Origin: Gracilinanus agilis
Taxonomy: Eukaryota
Direction of reading: 5' to 3'
DNA: 52,724 nucleotides
Assembly (NCBI RefSeq): GCF_016433145.1
Contig: NC_058132.1
Coordinates: 86,859,272 to 86,911,995 of the forward strand
Both the position numbers and the translations under genes were made by a program. Positions 22,683 through 34,949 of this stretch are shown here, piece by piece; positions within the stretch are counted from its first letter, which is position 1; every line of letters starts with the position of its first letter. The notes beneath the pieces are model-generated. The model was not told the origin of the DNA, did not search any database, and was given only the letters and a program-made list of their open reading frames with translations.

Positions 22683-23409
22683 TGTGCTCTGTTATATTAT
22701 GACGATTGCCCAGGTCCTCAAAGACTGAATTGAATTGCTATTTAGCCTATATTTTTCCATATGTTGACTGGACTGTTTTGAGAGATTATAAATGCCTTCT
22801 TGATATTTTATAGCCTAAATACAAGCATGTAATTTTTATGGAATTCTTATAATGATGAACTAACTAAACCAATAAATAAGTAAACAAATGATCAATGAAT
22901 AAATGAGTAATTATATAAAAGTAAATTAGGAAATTAATTAATAAATACATTTAGTAGTAGGACAAAAGGAAATAAAACTAGTCCTATGATCATAATTCAT
23001 AATAGTCCCATAAGAATATTTTAATGAGCCCATAACAGCTTAGAGTGATTACTTATTCTCTTTTTGGCTATTCACAAACCATTTCTCCAAAATATTTTAA
23101 TTGCCCATTTGGTTAATTTTAATATTTTTGTTACCTTTACTTTGTTTTAAGCTTTCATATTCATCATATTATTTTCATGTTTCATTCTCATTTTTATCCA
23201 CAGTTACCTGCCTTCGCTTCCAACCTTTATTGATATATTTTAAAATTTGGATTTGGTCAATAAATTTCCTCTATAGACACAATGGCCTTTTTCGGAAGTT
23301 TCCCTTTTTTTCTTATTAAAATTATTTCCTTTTTGTTATCAGAATTTAATTATAGACAGATTTCAATTCCATCCAAATTTCCATATAGAATCTGGAACCA
23401 TGGGACCAA

Positions 23410-23510
23410 GTTATGGTTATCACAGTTTAAGAAGGATGTTGTTAAACTGGAAAATATACAGAAGAAAGCAACCAGGATGGTGGAGGGCCTTGGGTCCCTT
23501 TTAAGTTTCA
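23410..23510 (+). mobile_element. CR1/L3 RT fragment
   Basis: encodes KKDVVKLENIQKKATRMVEGL, a CR1 ORF2 C-terminal motif. Confidence 0.7.
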
Positions 23511-23798
23511 AGTTCCTTAATTTTTGATCCTACAGAGTCTTGCATTGAATATTTAAGATCCCATCTCTAAGTAGGCATGTAATCTCCCCAAGTAATAATA
23601 ATAATAATTTCCACAAAATGTGAAATTACTAGCAAGATAAATTAATGATCTCTCAACTTTTCTACTTATTCTATAATAGTATCCTTATAATTTTCTAAGT
23701 ATTTGAAGCTTCTTTAAACTGCTCTATCTTGTCTCAGTGTTGGCTTTGTGATCTAATTTTGTAAATCTATATTTTATCATCTTAGTTTGGTGGTCAAC

Positions 23799-23859
23799 AG
23801 TATACACCAAGCACAATAACAGTACACACCAACGACAATAACACACCACCCACAATAAC
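23799..23859. repeat. short degenerate tandem repeat (two 22-bp units plus a 17-bp unit)
   Basis: agtatacaccaagcacaataac / agtacacaccaacgacaataac / acaccacccacaataac. Confidence 0.8.
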
Positions 23860-24006
23860 ACTTGTTTCTCTTCCTCTTGATCCTCTCCCTGGTATCTCCA
23901 TAATGATTCCCCTTTTTACGCACGGGTTTTTTTCACAGGGACAAATACAGTGCTACTAACACTACTAATCTCCCCCTACCACCATTTTTACTTGACATTC
24001 TTTTTT

Positions 24007-24188
24007 CTTTTTTAACCCTTGTACTTCAGTGTATTGTCTCATAGGTGGAAGATTGGTAAGGGTGGGTAATGGGGGTCAAGTGACTTGCCCAGGGTCACAC
24101 AGCTGGGAAGTGGCTGAGGCTGGGTTTGAACCTAGGACCTCCTGTCTCTAGGCCTGACTCTGACTCCACTGAGCTACCCAGCTGCCCC
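24007..24188 (-). mobile_element. young SINE1-like element
   Basis: 12-bp TSD acattctttttt (23995-24006, 24189-24200); few differences from the 30108 and 47659 copies. Confidence 0.95.
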
Positions 24189-24929
24189 ACATTCTTTTTT
24201 AATAAATTACATCCTTATATCATTATATTTCAGTGATTCATCATACTCCACCAGGGTCTTAATGATGATTTTGAGGTGACATTTACCTCTTTCAGATAAA
24301 TATTTAATTTACTTTTTACAAAATTTGTGCACTGACGACAGAAATCATCAATATTATTTCAGTCTTCTTCCTTCTCCTGAGTATTGTTTGTTTCCTTTAC
24401 TTTGATTCTTTGGTTATATCTAACATTATCTTTGTCATTTTGCAGAGCAGCTTAATGTGGATAATTGCCTTCTCTCTTGAGTTTCAACTAAAAACCTATT
24501 GAAATTTTCAAGTTTTCAGACATATAAAGTCTTCATATCGGTGGTGTGATAGACAAGTCTTCAAACAAATTAATTCTTCATAATCTTAACTATTACTAGG
24601 GAAATTGTATTCACCAAAAGTATTCTGATGTAGAACTGAATTCTCTCCCTTCAAAGATTTCCTTGTAGATGTTTAGCTGCTGTGGGTCCTGTTGTAAGAT
24701 GTATTTAAGGGAAGGAAATATGAGGGAAATAAAGAAAGATAGGAACAAATTAATAAGAAACAGTAAGAGTTTGAAGAAAGACTAACCTTTGCTGCTTAGA
24801 GGCCTCACTATTTTAATTTTGAGTAGAGCTAGAATTGGAGAGGAAGTCTCTTATTCAAGTTGTTTTTTGCTTTTTTGCACTTGGATCTTTTTATCCCAAA
24901 AATTCAATGGCTTTTCTTTATGTTTCTTT

Positions 24930-25871
24930 TCACATTCCCTTTCTCAATAACTTTAGGATTCCCTGCTTGATTTCCTGAGTCCGAACCCCATAGACAATGG
25001 GGTTGAGAGCTGCTGGGATGACATGGTGCAGAACATTGAGCAAGATGGGCACATTGGGAGAAACTCTCTTTCTGACTACATGGGTGAGAACAAAGACCAG
25101 AAGAATGGTGCTGAAGAAGAGGATGAGGATGAAATGGGAGCCACAGGTACTCAGGGCCTTGGCTGCAGCACCTTTAGCTTTTAGCTGAAGAACAGCACGT
25201 AAGATGAATATATAAGAAAGGAAAATGAGAATGAGATCAGAACCAAGCATAGTCCAACCAGCAATGAATTGGTAGAGGCGGTTAAGTGTAACATTATCAC
25301 AAGAAAGTTTGGACACTGACAAATTGGCACAAATACAATTCTCAATGACATTGTACTGGCAGTAGTTCAGCCTAGCTGAAAGAATAGGGATGGGTCCAGT
25401 AACAAGAGCATTCCGGGCCACTATAAAAATGGCAGCCTTGGCAACAAATTGATCAGTAATGATGGATGGGTAGCGCAGGGGATGGCAGATGGCAACATAT
25501 CTATCATATGCCATTATCAAGAAGGTACTAGATTCCATGGACAGAAAGCAATTCATGATGTACATCTGGAGGAAGCAGGCAGAGAAACTGATAGCCCTGA
25601 GATCAAACCAAAAGATGAACAGGACCTTGGGGATGACTGTGAGGCAGAGCACAATATCCAGCAGGGAGAGCAGGCTGAGCAGGTAGTACATAGGTTCATG
25701 AAGCGAGGCCTCCAGCCAAATGGTGATCAGCAGGGTGGCATTGGCTCCCATAGCCAGAAGGAAGAGCAGGCTTAGGGGCAGGGAGAGCCAGCGCTGCAAG
25801 CTTGGAGATCTAACAAAACAATTCAAGAGGAACTCAGAAACTTCAGTGGAAGAACTGTTAGACAGTAGCAT
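24930..25871 (-). CDS. OR56A-like: class I olfactory receptor, family 56 subfamily A, 313 aa, intact
   Basis: [46 protein letters not shown]; sequon NSS; Kozak-like gcaccATG; upstream acceptor ttctttctctttcccataag. Confidence 0.97.
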   Translation of the reverse strand: MLLSNSSSTEVSEFLLNCFVRSPSLQRWLSLPLSLLFLLAMGANATLLITIWLEASLHEPMYYLLSLLSLLDIVLCLTVIPKVLFIFWFDLRAISFSACFLQMYIMNCFLSMESSTFLIMAYDRYVAICHPLRYPSIITDQFVAKAAIFIVARNALVTGPIPILSARLNYCQYNVIENCICANLSVSKLSCDNVTLNRLYQFIAGWTMLGSDLILIFLSYIFILRAVLQLKAKGAAAKALSTCGSHFILILFFSTILLVFVLTHVVRKRVSPNVPILLNVLHHVIPAALNPIVYGVRTQEIKQGILKLLRKGM

Positions 25872-25964
25872 GGTGCACAGTCCTCTGGCATAGATATTCT
25901 TTGAGTTCTTATGGGAAAGAGAAAGAATTAATTAATATTATATGTAAAAACAAAGAAGACAAAC

Positions 25965-28500
25965 AAGTCAGTAAGCCTTTATTAAGCACTGTTATTTACC
26001 AGGTACAGTTCTGAGAGCTGAGGATATAGAGAAATGAAAGTCCTTTCCCTCCAGAAGCTACATTCTGTGGGGGAAAAGTATGTACATACATTAATACATG
26101 CAATATATAAATTCTCAAATGAATCTATGATGCCATTGATTAAGAAATTCCCTGCAGGAGTAAAGTCTCATCCTATCTACTGTTACACATACACACAAAT
26201 ATGCATATACATACTTCTACATGTATGTCTACAAGCATGTATGTACATACACACATTTGCTAATATACATATGCAGATATAAAACCACATTCATATAAAT
26301 ATATGCACAAATATAATATAAAGTAATGGAAAGTATGGAGGAGGCACTAGCAGCTAAAGGATTAATAGAAACTAAGTGTGAGGCAGTATTTGAGAGGAGT
26401 TTTGAGGGAAACTAAAAAATAATATCAAGCAGAGAGACATACCAGGCATGAGGCATAGCTTATGCAAAGGAACAGAGGCAAGAGTCAGTGTTCTGTGTGA
26501 GTAAGAGTAAGATATCTTGTTTAGATGATACGTACATAGAGTGTATAAAGAAGAATAATGTATAATGACTATGAATAGGTATGTTGGAACTAAGTTGTAA
26601 AGTGTATTAAATGACAGAGTAGTTTATATTTTATCCTTTGGGCAATAGAGAACCACTACAATTTATTGAACAAGAAGAAGTATAGTCAAACCAGTGCTTG
26701 AAGAAAAGCATTTTTGTAGCACTATGAAGAGACTGGATTTGAGAAGAGAAAGTGTTGAGTTGTGGAGTTCAAATTGCAGTATTTTTTGCAAGCTATTGCA
26801 ATAGTACAGGTGAGACATAATCAGTGTCTAAACCAAAGAGGTGGTCATGGGAGTGTAGAGAATAGGGTGAGATGTCATGACAGTAGAATCACTGGATTAC
26901 AATAAATTGTTAATTTAGTAAATAGTGTTAAAGAAAAATGTGAGTAGTAAGGGATATATATCTATATGTATAATGATAGGATGATGTGTATCTGTCTATG
27001 ATCTCAGCTGCAGTTGGTGGGGAGGAACACCTACTCCGCTCACCCTGGCTGCAGCTGTAAATTTTCCCCTTCTCCCTGACAGTTTTGGTTGATAACCTGT
27101 CAATAATTCCTTTAACAGCTGCCCAAGTAAGGACCCTTGAGAGGTTAGATAGTTGGTTAACCTCTCCAGGCCCAATCTGGGGTTAGATAGATTGGTAATG
27201 AGCTATTGATCAGCTTTGGATAATGATCAGGATCTGACTGCGTATATACTCCCTTCCCAAGGGCTGTGGTAGAAAGACCACTCAGGAAGGTACTTGTTAT
27301 TGAACAGTTTTATCTATAGGTAGGGAAAGGTAACAAGGTCAAGGATTGGGGATTGGAAACCATATTGCTCTATTATCTATTAAACTATTAATAATCAGGA
27401 CTGGAGGCTACTACAGTGGGGGAGGCTTGAGATCTTCACCCTCTCACTGTCTCTGGCCAGACATGGCCACAGCCAAGCCAGAGAATAGGGAAGGCTATTG
27501 CTGCAGATAGATATTGTTGGTCTTTATTCTCTCAGCTCTCTCAGCAATAGTGTTGGTGGATCACTAGCTCTCACAGTCTAGCAAGGAAATAGATTCAAGC
27601 ATCTCCTACCCTCTTTCTTCTTCAACCACTTGGCCACCCTTCAACCACCCTTCAGCCACCCATGGCCCAGATTGAACCACAGAGGTTTGCCAGTCTCAAT
27701 TCAAATATCTGTGATCTCCAGTTCTCAACCTCTAAATCCAGAGACTTTCCCCAATGTAGCTGTGAGGGGGCATATATAGGGTGGGGCTAACAGACGTTTC
27801 CTCCTGGCTCATAGCACCTGGGAACATTCCAAACTCTCAACTGCCATCCCTATTATTCAAGGTGGCATCCTTCTTATCCCAGATTATGAATATAACAATA
27901 GGTAGGGTGGCTCATTGTGGATAAGTGAGGATCACACTGAGATTGCAAATCTGAGTGACTGGAAAGAAGGTGATACTCTAGATACAAATAGAAAATGTCA
28001 AAATATGTATAGATTTTATGAGAAAGATGAGTTCTCTTTGGAATATGTTGATTTTCAGATAAAAATGGGACATATAATTTATGATTTATAATAAGAAGTT
28101 AGTGATGCAGGACTAGAACTCAGGAAAGAAATTTAGATGGGGAATTATTTGCACACAAATAATAGTTAAAACCATAATCCTTTGCCCAAGACCTATTTGC
28201 TTGGGGAAGAGAAAAGAGTAGAAAAGGGGGAACAGTATACTAAATTGGCCAGAAATTTTTTCAAAATACAAACTGAGTGGAGGGAGAGTTTTAGAATAGA
28301 AGAGAAAGCAGAATGTGTAAAGCACCCTGAATAAAATAAGAACCACGTGTTAAAGACAATAGAAAGAAGGGATGAGATGGCTCAAGGGAAAGGAAAGAAT
28401 ACTAAAGCCTAGGAAGCACCAAGAAAAGGGAAAGAGAAAGAAGACACAGAATCTGTAGAGAAAATGTCAGAGAATTAAAGCAGAACTCAAGAAGTGCAGA
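25965..28500 (-). mobile_element. L2 element (3' end plus internal pieces), split by an LTR
   Basis: agcctttattaagcactg...gtcctttccctccagaagctacattct; L2-like text at 26330-26930 resumes near 27900. Confidence 0.55.
26967..27897. mobile_element. LTR/ERV-derived insertion (boundaries and strand uncertain)
   Basis: GC-richer block with TG...CA ends interrupting L2; no clean TSD found. Confidence 0.5.
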
Positions 28501-28839
28501 GGATATGGACAGTTGATAAAATAGATCTCTTTTTCTCATCAGGGAAATTTCTTACAAGTAGTTGAAAACCCCCCTGGTTAAGATTCCTTTCTAGTCTCTC
28601 AAACTATAATTACAAATTTGGGGTAGGATTCCCAACAAAATAGCAAAGAATCATCTGTCCAACTCTAATCTGAGCTTACTCTATGTTCTTGCTCCTGAAT
28701 GATCATTTCCACCAATTCTGGACCTATAGCACTGACTCCTGTGACCCAGCAAACACAGATCCCATCTGATAATGCCCTAAATGAAAGATAAGAATAAACC
28801 AAGGTGAACCGGCTTCCATCTTAAAATTCAGTATTTTCC

Positions 28840-30420
28840 AATCGTTTTATTTATTTATTTGTTTGTTTTTATTTATTTTTATTTTATTTTATTTTTAATT
28901 TTTTTTCATGGTTACCATGATTCTTGTTGTCTCCCTCCTTTCTTCCTTCCCCCTCCCAAACCTGAAAAGCAATATATATACATACATATATAATCACTCA
29001 AAACCTATTTCCATATTATTCATTTTTGTAATACAGTAATCTTTTAAAACCCAAACCCCAAATCATATACCCATGTAAACAGGTTTAAATCATATGTTTT
29101 GTTCTGTATTTTTACTCCCACAGTTCTTTCTCTGGATGTAGATAGCGCTTTTTCTCATAAGTCCCTCAGAATTGTCCTGGATCATTGCGTTGCTATTAGT
29201 AGCAAAGTTAGTTATATTTGATCATCCCACAATGTTTCAGTTACTGTGTAGAATGTTCTCCTGGTTTTGCTGATTTCACTCCACATCAATTAATGGAGGT
29301 GTTTCCAGTTCTTATAGAAATGAAGCAGTTCATCATTCCTTAGAACACAATAGTATTTCATCACACCATATATAACAATTTGTTCAGCCATTACCCAATT
29401 GAGGGATATCCCTTGGTTTTCTGATTTTTTTGCCACCATAAAAATCATAACTATAAATATTTTTGTACAAATAGATCTTTTCTCATTAAAAAGTATCTCT
29501 TTGGTATATAAATCCAGTAGTGGTACAGTTGGATCAAAGGGTATGCATTCTTTAAACTCTTAGGTCATAATTCCAAATTGCCTTCCAGAATGGTTGGATC
29601 AATTCACAACTCCACCAGTAATGCATCCCAATATTGCCACATCCCCTCCAACATTTTTTATTTTCCTTTACTGTCATATTGGTCACTCTTCTAGGTATGA
29701 GGTGGTACCTCAGAGTTTTGATTTGCACTTCTTTAATCAGGAGGGATTTAGAACATTTTTCTTATGATTATTGATAATTTTGATTTCTTCATCTGAAAAG
29801 TGCCAATTCATATCCCTTGGCCATTTGTGAATTGGGGAATGATTTGATTTCTTCTAAATTTAACTTACTTCTGTGCATATTTGAAGAATTAGACATTTGT
29901 CAGAGAAATTTGTCATAAAATCAACCCACCCTAGTTTATTGCTTCCCTTCTAATTTTGGTTGCATTGGATTTGTTTGTACAAAACTTTTTAAATTTAATA
30001 CAATGAAAATTATTCATTTTACATCTTATAATGTTCTCTGTCTCTTGATTGTTCTTCCCTCCTCCATAGATCTGACAAACTATTCTATGCTCACATAATT
30101 TACTTTTTTTTTTAAACCCTTGTACTTCGGTGTATTGTCTCATAGGTGGAAGATTGGTAAGGGTGGGCAATGGGGGTCAAGTGACTTGCCCAGGGTCACA
30201 CAGCTGGGAAGTGGCTGAGGCCGGGTTTAAACCTAGGACCTCCTGTCTTTAGGCCTGACTCTCACTCCACTGAGCTACCCAGCTGTCCCACACATAATTT
30301 ACTTTTAATATCACTTTTTGTTTAGCTCATATACACATTTTGAACTTTTCTTGGTATAGGGTGTGAGATATTGATCTAAACTAATTTTTGCCATATTGTT
30401 TTCCAATTTTCCCAGCCAAT
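28840..30420 (-). mobile_element. 5'-truncated L1 with (TTTA)n tail, SINE nested
   Basis: antisense 3' UTR and ORF2 C-terminus; ORF 29931..30170 contains KFKKFCTNKSNATKIRRE. Confidence 0.85.
30108..30290 (-). mobile_element. young SINE1-like element
   Basis: 16-bp TSD cacataatttactttt (30092-30107, 30291-30306). Confidence 0.95.
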
Positions 30421-31099
30421 CCTTATATTTAATACACATTTACTTATTTGCTACTTACAACATTCTGTACTATGCTCTAGTGATACCAAAAGAAAAAGAA
30501 AAAGTCACTGTTCCCAGGGCACTTATATTTTATAAGATTATAATTTGGGGAAGAATACAATATTAACACAAGTAAAATAATCCAAGGTAGGAAGCAATGG
30601 AGAGAGAGATCCAAATTCCTCCCATGGTATTTGAGAAAAAGAAAACTTTCAGGACAGGTATCAGAAAAGGCACCAGGAAGGAGCATCTTCCTTCAAGGAA
30701 GATAAGTTTACTTAAAGGTAGAGATAGTAAGGGAGTGGATTTCAGACAGTAAGCAACTCCTTCACCAATGTTTTAGACCTAGAAGCAGAAAGGACCTTAG
30801 ACACCATATAATCTGGTCTTTTCATTTTAATGATGAGGAAATTAGAAAGGTTAAGGTATTTTATTTGTCCAAGGTAACACAGGTAATAAATATATGGATT
30901 ACAATTCAGGTTCCTTAATTCCAACTTCAGGAATCTTTCCATTGTAATATTTTACCCCTCAATTCTTTGAATTCACATTACCTTTTCAATGTCACATAAT
31001 CTCTTAGGAAGAGACCTTAGTAATTATCTATTTCAACCCATAGAATCTTCATTTAAAGTTGAAATTCTTCTAGGACTTAGAATCACTGACCTTTTTAGT

Positions 31100-31350
31100 T
31101 CCCGACTCTCTGGGTCTTAGACCAAAACAAGATCAGACTCACCAGGCATAACACAGGCAAGGTCTCCCACAGGGTAACAATCACTGTCCCTCCCTGCCTC
31201 TCTGAGTCTTGTGCCTTGCTCACCCAAAGGATCTGAAGCTTATACAGGAATTACACCTCCCCTAGGATGATGTCTCCATACTATGGTTCCCTAAGGTCTA
31301 AATCCTGAGGCAGTCTCTGAGTCTCTGACCTTACTAGGAGAAGAGAGTAA
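31100..31350 (-). promoter_or_regulatory. candidate promoter / non-coding exon 1 of the OR56A at 24930-25871
   Basis: donor CTG|GTGAGT (actcac 31137-31142); O/E-like cccctagga, ttccctaagg, tcctgagg; similarity to 14700-14960. Confidence 0.45.
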
Positions 31351-31689
31351 GGAGAACAACTTTTAAGCTAAAATGTTATTTGCCACAGAGTCATTGTTTA
31401 TTTTCTTCCTCCTCAATATAGTAATACTTACCCCTCATCAACATCCAAAGTATTCTTTGGGTGGAATGCCTTCAGAGAACAAAGAAATGGTAGGATAGAT
31501 AACTCCCTTATATTGAAAATAAATAGAATGAGATTTTTTTGTTTTTTATTGGTCACTTGTAGTGTCAAACACCCAGAAAATCTTGGCTCCTTCCTGGAAA
31601 TATAGACTCAGGAGCAATGCCCTATTTCATAATATTTCACTCCCTTCATTACAAATGTAGTGTTGACAAGTGGGAAAGAAGGAAACCAA

Positions 31690-32806
31690 TTCATGAAACA
31701 GCCTACTATGTGTTAGGCACCATGCTAAGTGTTTTATAAATATTAGCATTTGATCCTCACAACAACCATGAGAGGCATTACTATTCCTATTTTACACTTA
31801 AGGAAACTGAGACAGATAAAGAAATGACTTGCCTAGAATCCCAGAGTTAATAAATGTTTGAAGCTAAATTTGAATTCATCATTCTAGCTACAGGCATTTT
31901 TTCTATTGTGCCACTAGCTTCCCCAGCTACCCTTTCAGGTCAGGTGCTTGGAAGAATACTATTTTACTTCATATCTGAGGAACAGACAAACCAGTAAATA
32001 TTTATAGACTGATAATGATAGTGGTAGTTGTGGTGGTGGTTGTAGTAGTGGTGACAATGATAATGAAAATAGCTAACATTTGCATTGTATATTAAGAGTT
32101 GCAAAGTATTATACATGTTATCTCATTTGATCTTCACCACAGTACTGTAAGGTGGGTGCTGTAAGGTAGGTACAGATGAGGAAGCTGAGGGTGAAAGAAG
32201 CAAAATGTTTTGCCCAGGTTTACATAGCTAATAAGTATCTAAAATAGATTTGAACTGGTTTTCCTATAATGCAAGAGCCAGGACTATGACTCGGGCGTAA
32301 GATCATAGATTTAGAGGTAGAATGAAACTGGAATATCATCTCAATATACCATTGAGGAGAAAATTGAGGCCCAGAGAAGTTATATGACTTGTCAAAGTTC
32401 ATAAAGATATTAAGTGCTGAAATATGACTTATACTTACACCCTCCATTTCCTCATCCTGTGGTCTTTCTACAACTCTAAGCTAACGGTTCCCAATTTGGG
32501 TGTTCTTTCCATTGTAAAAAGCTATCTTCCATTCTTTACCCTTATATTTTCCTTCTACCAGGCAATGTTTGGATATATCCAATGTATTAACTAGACTTAT
32601 TCTTTGGTTTTTGTAAGCTCTGCCTGCTATTGTTACTGCTTCATAGGATCAAAGCATCATAGACTTAAAGAAACCTCAGAAGCCTCTGAGTAGCCCCCCC
32701 CCATTTTATAAATGAGGAACAGAGACAAGCAGTAGTTAAATAACTTGTTCATGGTTACCTAGATGATAAAAGCTCAGATCTTATTAACTCAGTCCAGGAC
32801 TCAATC
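31690..32806 (-). mobile_element. cluster of MIR/MAR1-type CORE-SINE fragments with a (TGG/TAG)n tract near 32010-32060
   Basis: repeated catttgatc(c/t)tcac, gaggaaactgag/gaggaagctgag, tgacttg(c/t)c core motifs. Confidence 0.65.
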
Positions 32807-32814
32807 CTCTAGAC

Positions 32815-33232
32815 CAGTGATGGAGAACCTCTGGCACGGGTGCCAAAGATGGCACGCAGAGCACTTTCTATGGGCATGTGGCTGGCCTCTCCACCCCCCA
32901 CTTTTCAGAGTTCATCACTAGAAAGGCAGAGGGATTTGGGTGGGACTGATCGCCTGCCCCTCTCCAATGTGCCTGATGACATTTTTTCATATGACCCACC
33001 CCTCTGTCCAGTAGCCCAATGGAAGCACACAGGGGGTAAGGTGGGCAACTCACAGGCAGCAGAGCTGGAGGGGAACAGAGTGCTTGGGCCACTCCCCTCT
33101 CCCTCTCTACATTGAATGAGGGCATTCCTCACTTCACCCACCCCTCTACCCAGCAGCCCAATGGAAGAACTTTCTCCCTCCCCTGTGTGGGGTAAGAGGG
33201 GGGTCAGCACTCCATTTCTAAAAGGTTCACTA
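32815..33232 (+). mobile_element. non-autonomous hAT (OposCharlie-like) element
   Basis: left TIR cagtgatggagaacct + ggcacgggtgccaaagatggcacgc; eroded right end aaaggttcac; flanks ctctagac / ggctagac (6/8). Confidence 0.75.
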
Positions 33233-33262
33233 GGCTAGACCATTATCAAAATCAATGGGCTA

Positions 33263-33458
33263 GGGGGCAGCTGGGTGGCTGAGTGGATTGAGAGTTAGGC
33301 CCAGAGATGGGAGGTCCTGGATTAAAATCTGGCCTCAGACACTTCCTAGCTGTGTGACCCTGGGTAAGTCACTTAACCCCCATTGCCTAGCCCTTGCCAC
33401 TCTTCTGCCTTAGAACCAGTACCTAGTGTTGATTCAAAGATGGAAGATAAGGTTTAAA
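33263..33458 (+). mobile_element. SINE1-like element, older subfamily
   Basis: full length; 17-bp TSD aaaatcaatgggctagg / aaaatcaatgagccagg (2 mismatches). Confidence 0.9.
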
Positions 33459-33724
33459 AAAATCAATGAGCCAGGTAAATCAAGAGGAGAGACCATCTTT
33501 GGCCTTTGTTGGTACAAAAGCACTAATTATAATCAAGTTTTATGGGACTTATACTTGACCTGTGGGATCTTGATTTCTATTTCTCTTGACCTTTCCCCAA
33601 TCATTGCAGGAAAAAATACCATAAATATTAAATCTTCCTATTAGTCCTTTCCAAGAGATCCTTAGAAAGGAATCTAGAATATGCTAAAGCTACTTCTCTT
33701 ACTCAGTAGATAATTGTAATAGTA

Positions 33725-33990
33725 ATATAGGCAGATAGTCGGCATATTGAACAGAGCACTAGACTTGGAATTAAGCATACCTGAGTTTGAAATCTATTTT
33801 GTAAATCAACAAACTTTTATTAAGCTCTTACAATATGCTAAGCATTATGATAGTGTTTTTTTTGTTTCCAGCAATAAATGAGAAACTTACTGGCTATGTG
33901 ACCTTGAGCAAGTCACTTAACTTTGTTGTGCCTTCATTTTCTCATCTCTAAAGTGAAGTTGTTGATTTTAATAACCTCTAAATAACTTTG
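33725..33990 (+). mobile_element. MIR
   Basis: agagcactagacttggaa...ctatgtgaccttgagcaagtcacttaac...tttctcatctctaaagtga. Confidence 0.7.
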
Positions 33991-34949
33991 TCTTTCAGTT
34001 AGTTAATATTCACATAGAACTTTAAGGTTTACCAAGCATTGTATAGAAGTTATCTCATTCAATTTTCCTTTTTTTAAATTCAATTTTATTTTATTTTCAG
34101 TTTCAAATTCTCTCTGTCTTATATGTCCTTCCTCTATCCATTACAAACATAGTCAAACAAAACAAATTCACACATTAGCCATGTCCCCAAAAAGTATGCC
34201 TCAATCAGCATTCTGAGTTCATCATGTCTATCTTGAGGTGGATATCAAGTTTCCTGTGCTTCACCAGGAGTCCTCTGGAATTTTGTTGGTCATTTTGTTG
34301 ACCAAAATCTTTCAAAGTTGTTTGTCTTTACAATGTTGTAGTTATTGTTTAAATTGTTCTGATAGTCCTGCTCACCTCACTTTGCATTGATTAATGCTCA
34401 TTTGATTTTTACAACAACCTTCTGAGGTAGGTACTATTGTTATTCCCCATTTTACAGGTGAGGAAACTGAGGCTGAGAGAGTTTAAATGAGTTACCTAAA
34501 ATCCCACACTGACGAAGTGTGGGAGGCAGGATTTGGACTCAGATTTTGCTGATTTTAATTCTATCCACTGTGCCATTTATCTTTCTCCAATGTTTGCATG
34601 ATTCATATTTCCTCCACAATATAAGCAAATGCAAGGGGAAATGCAATAGGAAAAAAACCATAAAGTCAGGGGACTATGAAAGTCCTATCTTACTCATTCA
34701 TTTGTGTCTGAATAAGACTATTGCAATGAATTGTTAACAACATGAAACCATCCAATTTTTGCCTTAAAGATAACCAACAAAATGTGATTATATACCAAAA
34801 CCACCAAGAAGAAAAGATTAGACCAAAATGCTCTCTTTTGGATTAGGCTTTCACAGCTTTTAGATAGCTCTGTTCTAATCTTGTCCCTATGTAGGTGAGA
34901 ATGGAATTTCTCATCTCAATTCAGTAATGCCCAACTCATTGGTGATGAA

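Noticed and set aside
23799-23859. CRISPR-like array
   Set aside because: Only about 3 degenerate adjacent units, no spacers, eukaryotic context, no cas genes.
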